Origin: Pontiellaceae bacterium B1224
Lineage (GTDB): Bacteria; Verrucomicrobiota; Kiritimatiellia; Kiritimatiellales; Pontiellaceae
Reading direction: 5' to 3'
NCBI GenBank assembly: GCA_029432815.1
Contig: JAROBA010000002.1
Coordinates: 161,770 to 185,769 of the forward strand
DNA: 24,000 bases
How positions within the stretch are numbered: the first letter of the stretch is position 1; every line of letters starts with the position of its first letter. Below are positions 22,621 through 24,000 of this stretch, in pieces. Under the pieces are notes generated by a model. That model ran no database searches, was not told the DNA's origin, and saw only the letters and a program-made list of their open reading frames with translations. The translations under genes and the position numbers were made by a program.

Positions 22621-23402
22621 AGATGCCTCTGAAAATTCTCTGTCTCGGCCTGCTGGTCGTTCTTCCAGCCTTTGGAAACGACTATAAAACCCAGACCCTG
22701 GAAACGGCACACAGTCTGTTTCGCTCGGCCACCAATTCTGTCGGCTATGCCGCCGCTGCCGAACAGTATGAATATCTGGTTCAGGAAGAAGGCATTCGGA
22801 ACGGTCAACTTTTTTACACCATCGGAAACAGCTGGTTCATGGCCGGCGATATGGGACGTGCCATTCTGAATTATCGGCGGGCGCAGCAGTTCATGCCTAA
22901 TAATGCCGACCTTAAACATAACCTGAAAGCGGCGCTGGAATTGCGGTCAGATCTGATTCCCGCAAAAGAGCCGCATCCTTTGGCCGAAAAACTCCTCGGC
23001 TGGCATCTGAATACCTCCACCTCTTTCCGATGGTGGTTGTTTGCCAGCCTATGGATTGGCTTCTGGGCTGCATGGTTCTGGAAAGTGCGTTCAGCCAGAA
23101 AGGAAGCCCGAATTACCGCTGCTGTGACCGGCGTTCTGTCGCTGGTCCTTCTTTGCTCATTGATTTCTGAAAGTATCATGAAACAACGGGCCGACCCTGG
23201 GGTGATTACAGCTCAGGAGGTCGTTGCCCGGAAAGGGGATGGCACCATGTATGCTCCGGCATTTCTGGACCCGCTTCATACGGGCACGGAGTTCCAATGT
23301 CTGGAAAACCGCGAAGCCTGGTGGCACATTCGTTTGGCCGATGGTCAGACCTGCTGGATTCCGGCCCGTGCGGCTGAAAAGATTGAGCTAGCCGGCGAGT
23401 AA
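22617..23402 (+). CDS. batE: BatE-like protein: TPR + two TM helices + C-terminal SH3b domain
   Basis: There is an ATGA overlap with the batD stop and a signal peptide MKMPLKILCLGLLVVLPAFG. TPR: FYTIGNSWFMAGDMGRAILNYRRAQQFMPNNADL. TM helices: WWLFASLWIGFWAAWFW and AAVTGVLSLVLLCSLI. The SH3-like end is VVARKGDGTMYAP...WWHIRLADGQTCWIPARA. Confidence 0.8.
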   Translation: MKMPLKILCLGLLVVLPAFGNDYKTQTLETAHSLFRSATNSVGYAAAAEQYEYLVQEEGIRNGQLFYTIGNSWFMAGDMGRAILNYRRAQQFMPNNADLKHNLKAALELRSDLIPAKEPHPLAEKLLGWHLNTSTSFRWWLFASLWIGFWAAWFWKVRSARKEARITAAVTGVLSLVLLCSLISESIMKQRADPGVITAQEVVARKGDGTMYAPAFLDPLHTGTEFQCLENREAWWHIRLADGQTCWIPARAAEKIELAGE

Positions 23403-24000
23403 AGAACGAACCATCGAAACCACCTTATCGGGGGTGAATGGTTTTTCCAGCACGGCGGCATCGGGCGGGACTCCCTCTTCAATGAGCTGAGAACGGGAAT
23501 AGCCCGACATGAACAGCACCTTAATCTCAGGATAAAGCTCCTGGGCAGCGACTGCCAACTCGGCTCCTCCCAGACCGGGCATGACCACATCGGTGAAAAG
23601 CATATCTATTTTCCCTTTGTGATTGCGCGCAACCTTGATGCCTTCCCAGCCTTCTTCAGCCAGTACGACATTATATTTCTGCATTTCCAGTGTCTGGGCA
23701 ACCAGCGTCCGAATCATCGGATCGTCTTCAACCAGTAGAATAGTAGGCCCGCCGGTTTTTTCCGAATCATCGCCCTGTTTCTCCTGTTCAACAGCTTCCG
23801 GTTTTTCTGCAGGACGATTAGCGGCTTCCGGCTTTACTTTATCCTGATGATAATAGTCATCTGCCAGATCTTTCACCGGCAGATAAATGAGGAAAGTGGT
23901 TCCGCTTCCAACCTTACTTCTGACATCAATGAATCCATCATTTTCCTTCATGATGCTTTTGACGATGGATAGGCCCAGGCCAGTTCCTTTTCCGGCTGCC
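23388..24000 (-). CDS. Partial hybrid sensor histidine kinase (end of HATPase_c plus C-terminal receiver domain); N-terminus lies beyond the right edge
   Basis: The reading frame is open to the window edge. The minus strand from 23999 reads AAGKGTGLGLSIVKSIMKENDGFIDVRSKVGSGTTFLIYLPV (G2 box and the end of the ATPase domain). A linker follows, then the REC domain TILLVEDDPMIRTL...DMLFTDVVMPGLGG...VLFMSGY...LEKPF. The track lists it only from an internal Met at 23951. Confidence 0.8.
   Translation of the reverse strand, partial: AAGKGTGLGLSIVKSIMKENDGFIDVRSKVGSGTTFLIYLPVKDLADDYYHQDKVKPEAANRPAEKPEAVEQEKQGDDSEKTGGPTILLVEDDPMIRTLVAQTLEMQKYNVVLAEEGWEGIKVARNHKGKIDMLFTDVVMPGLGGAELAVAAQELYPEIKVLFMSGYSRSQLIEEGVPPDAAVLEKPFTPDKVVSMVRSLLAG

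Noticed and set aside
1-24000. Scan for CRISPR arrays, IS elements/transposases, integrases, phage genes, toxin-antitoxin pairs and known defence-system signatures
   Set aside because: I saw no regularly spaced direct repeats and no transposase, integrase or nuclease-like ORFs. MoxR-vWA combinations do occur in some conflict systems, but here the full Bat-type synteny argues for the conserved envelope/aerotolerance operon rather than a defence island.

Overview
Densely packed bacterial chromosomal DNA with many 1-4 nt start/stop overlaps. I saw no rRNA, tRNA, CRISPR array, transposase or integrase. The Bat operon and two dispersed-looking repeat types hint at a Gram-negative of the PVC superphylum, but that is a low-confidence guess from memory. 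Left third (minus strand): a well-formed sigma-54 -24/-12 promoter sits upstream of a FadL/TodX-family outer-membrane channel, a receiver plus histidine-kinase-like protein whose phospho-accepting His is Arg, and a VAO/PCMH-family flavoprotein. These are followed by plsY and a partial GNAT-aminotransferase fusion that is missing from the ORF track because it runs off the left edge. Middle (plus strand): a B12-binding radical SAM enzyme, then a lower-GC segment. That segment carries an atypical FabF-like ketosynthase (Cys-His-Asn instead of Cys-His-His) translationally coupled to a multi-TM sensor kinase, a second kinase with a degenerate receiver, and a 69-aa Fis-type HTH protein. I consider this four-gene unit the best candidate for an undescribed system: a lipid-like signal synthase plus sensor module with no canonical response regulator. 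Right half: a UspA-family gene, a rho-independent terminator, then a complete eight-gene MoxR / DUF58 / DUF4381-position gene / BatA-BatE operon. The family is known but its function is poorly understood. The operon is interrupted by a perfect 22-bp inverted repeat and by arrays of GGTC-containing octamers that run into the coding N-termini. A partial hybrid histidine kinase converges on batE at the right edge. All family assignments come from reading motifs by eye and need HMM/BLAST confirmation.
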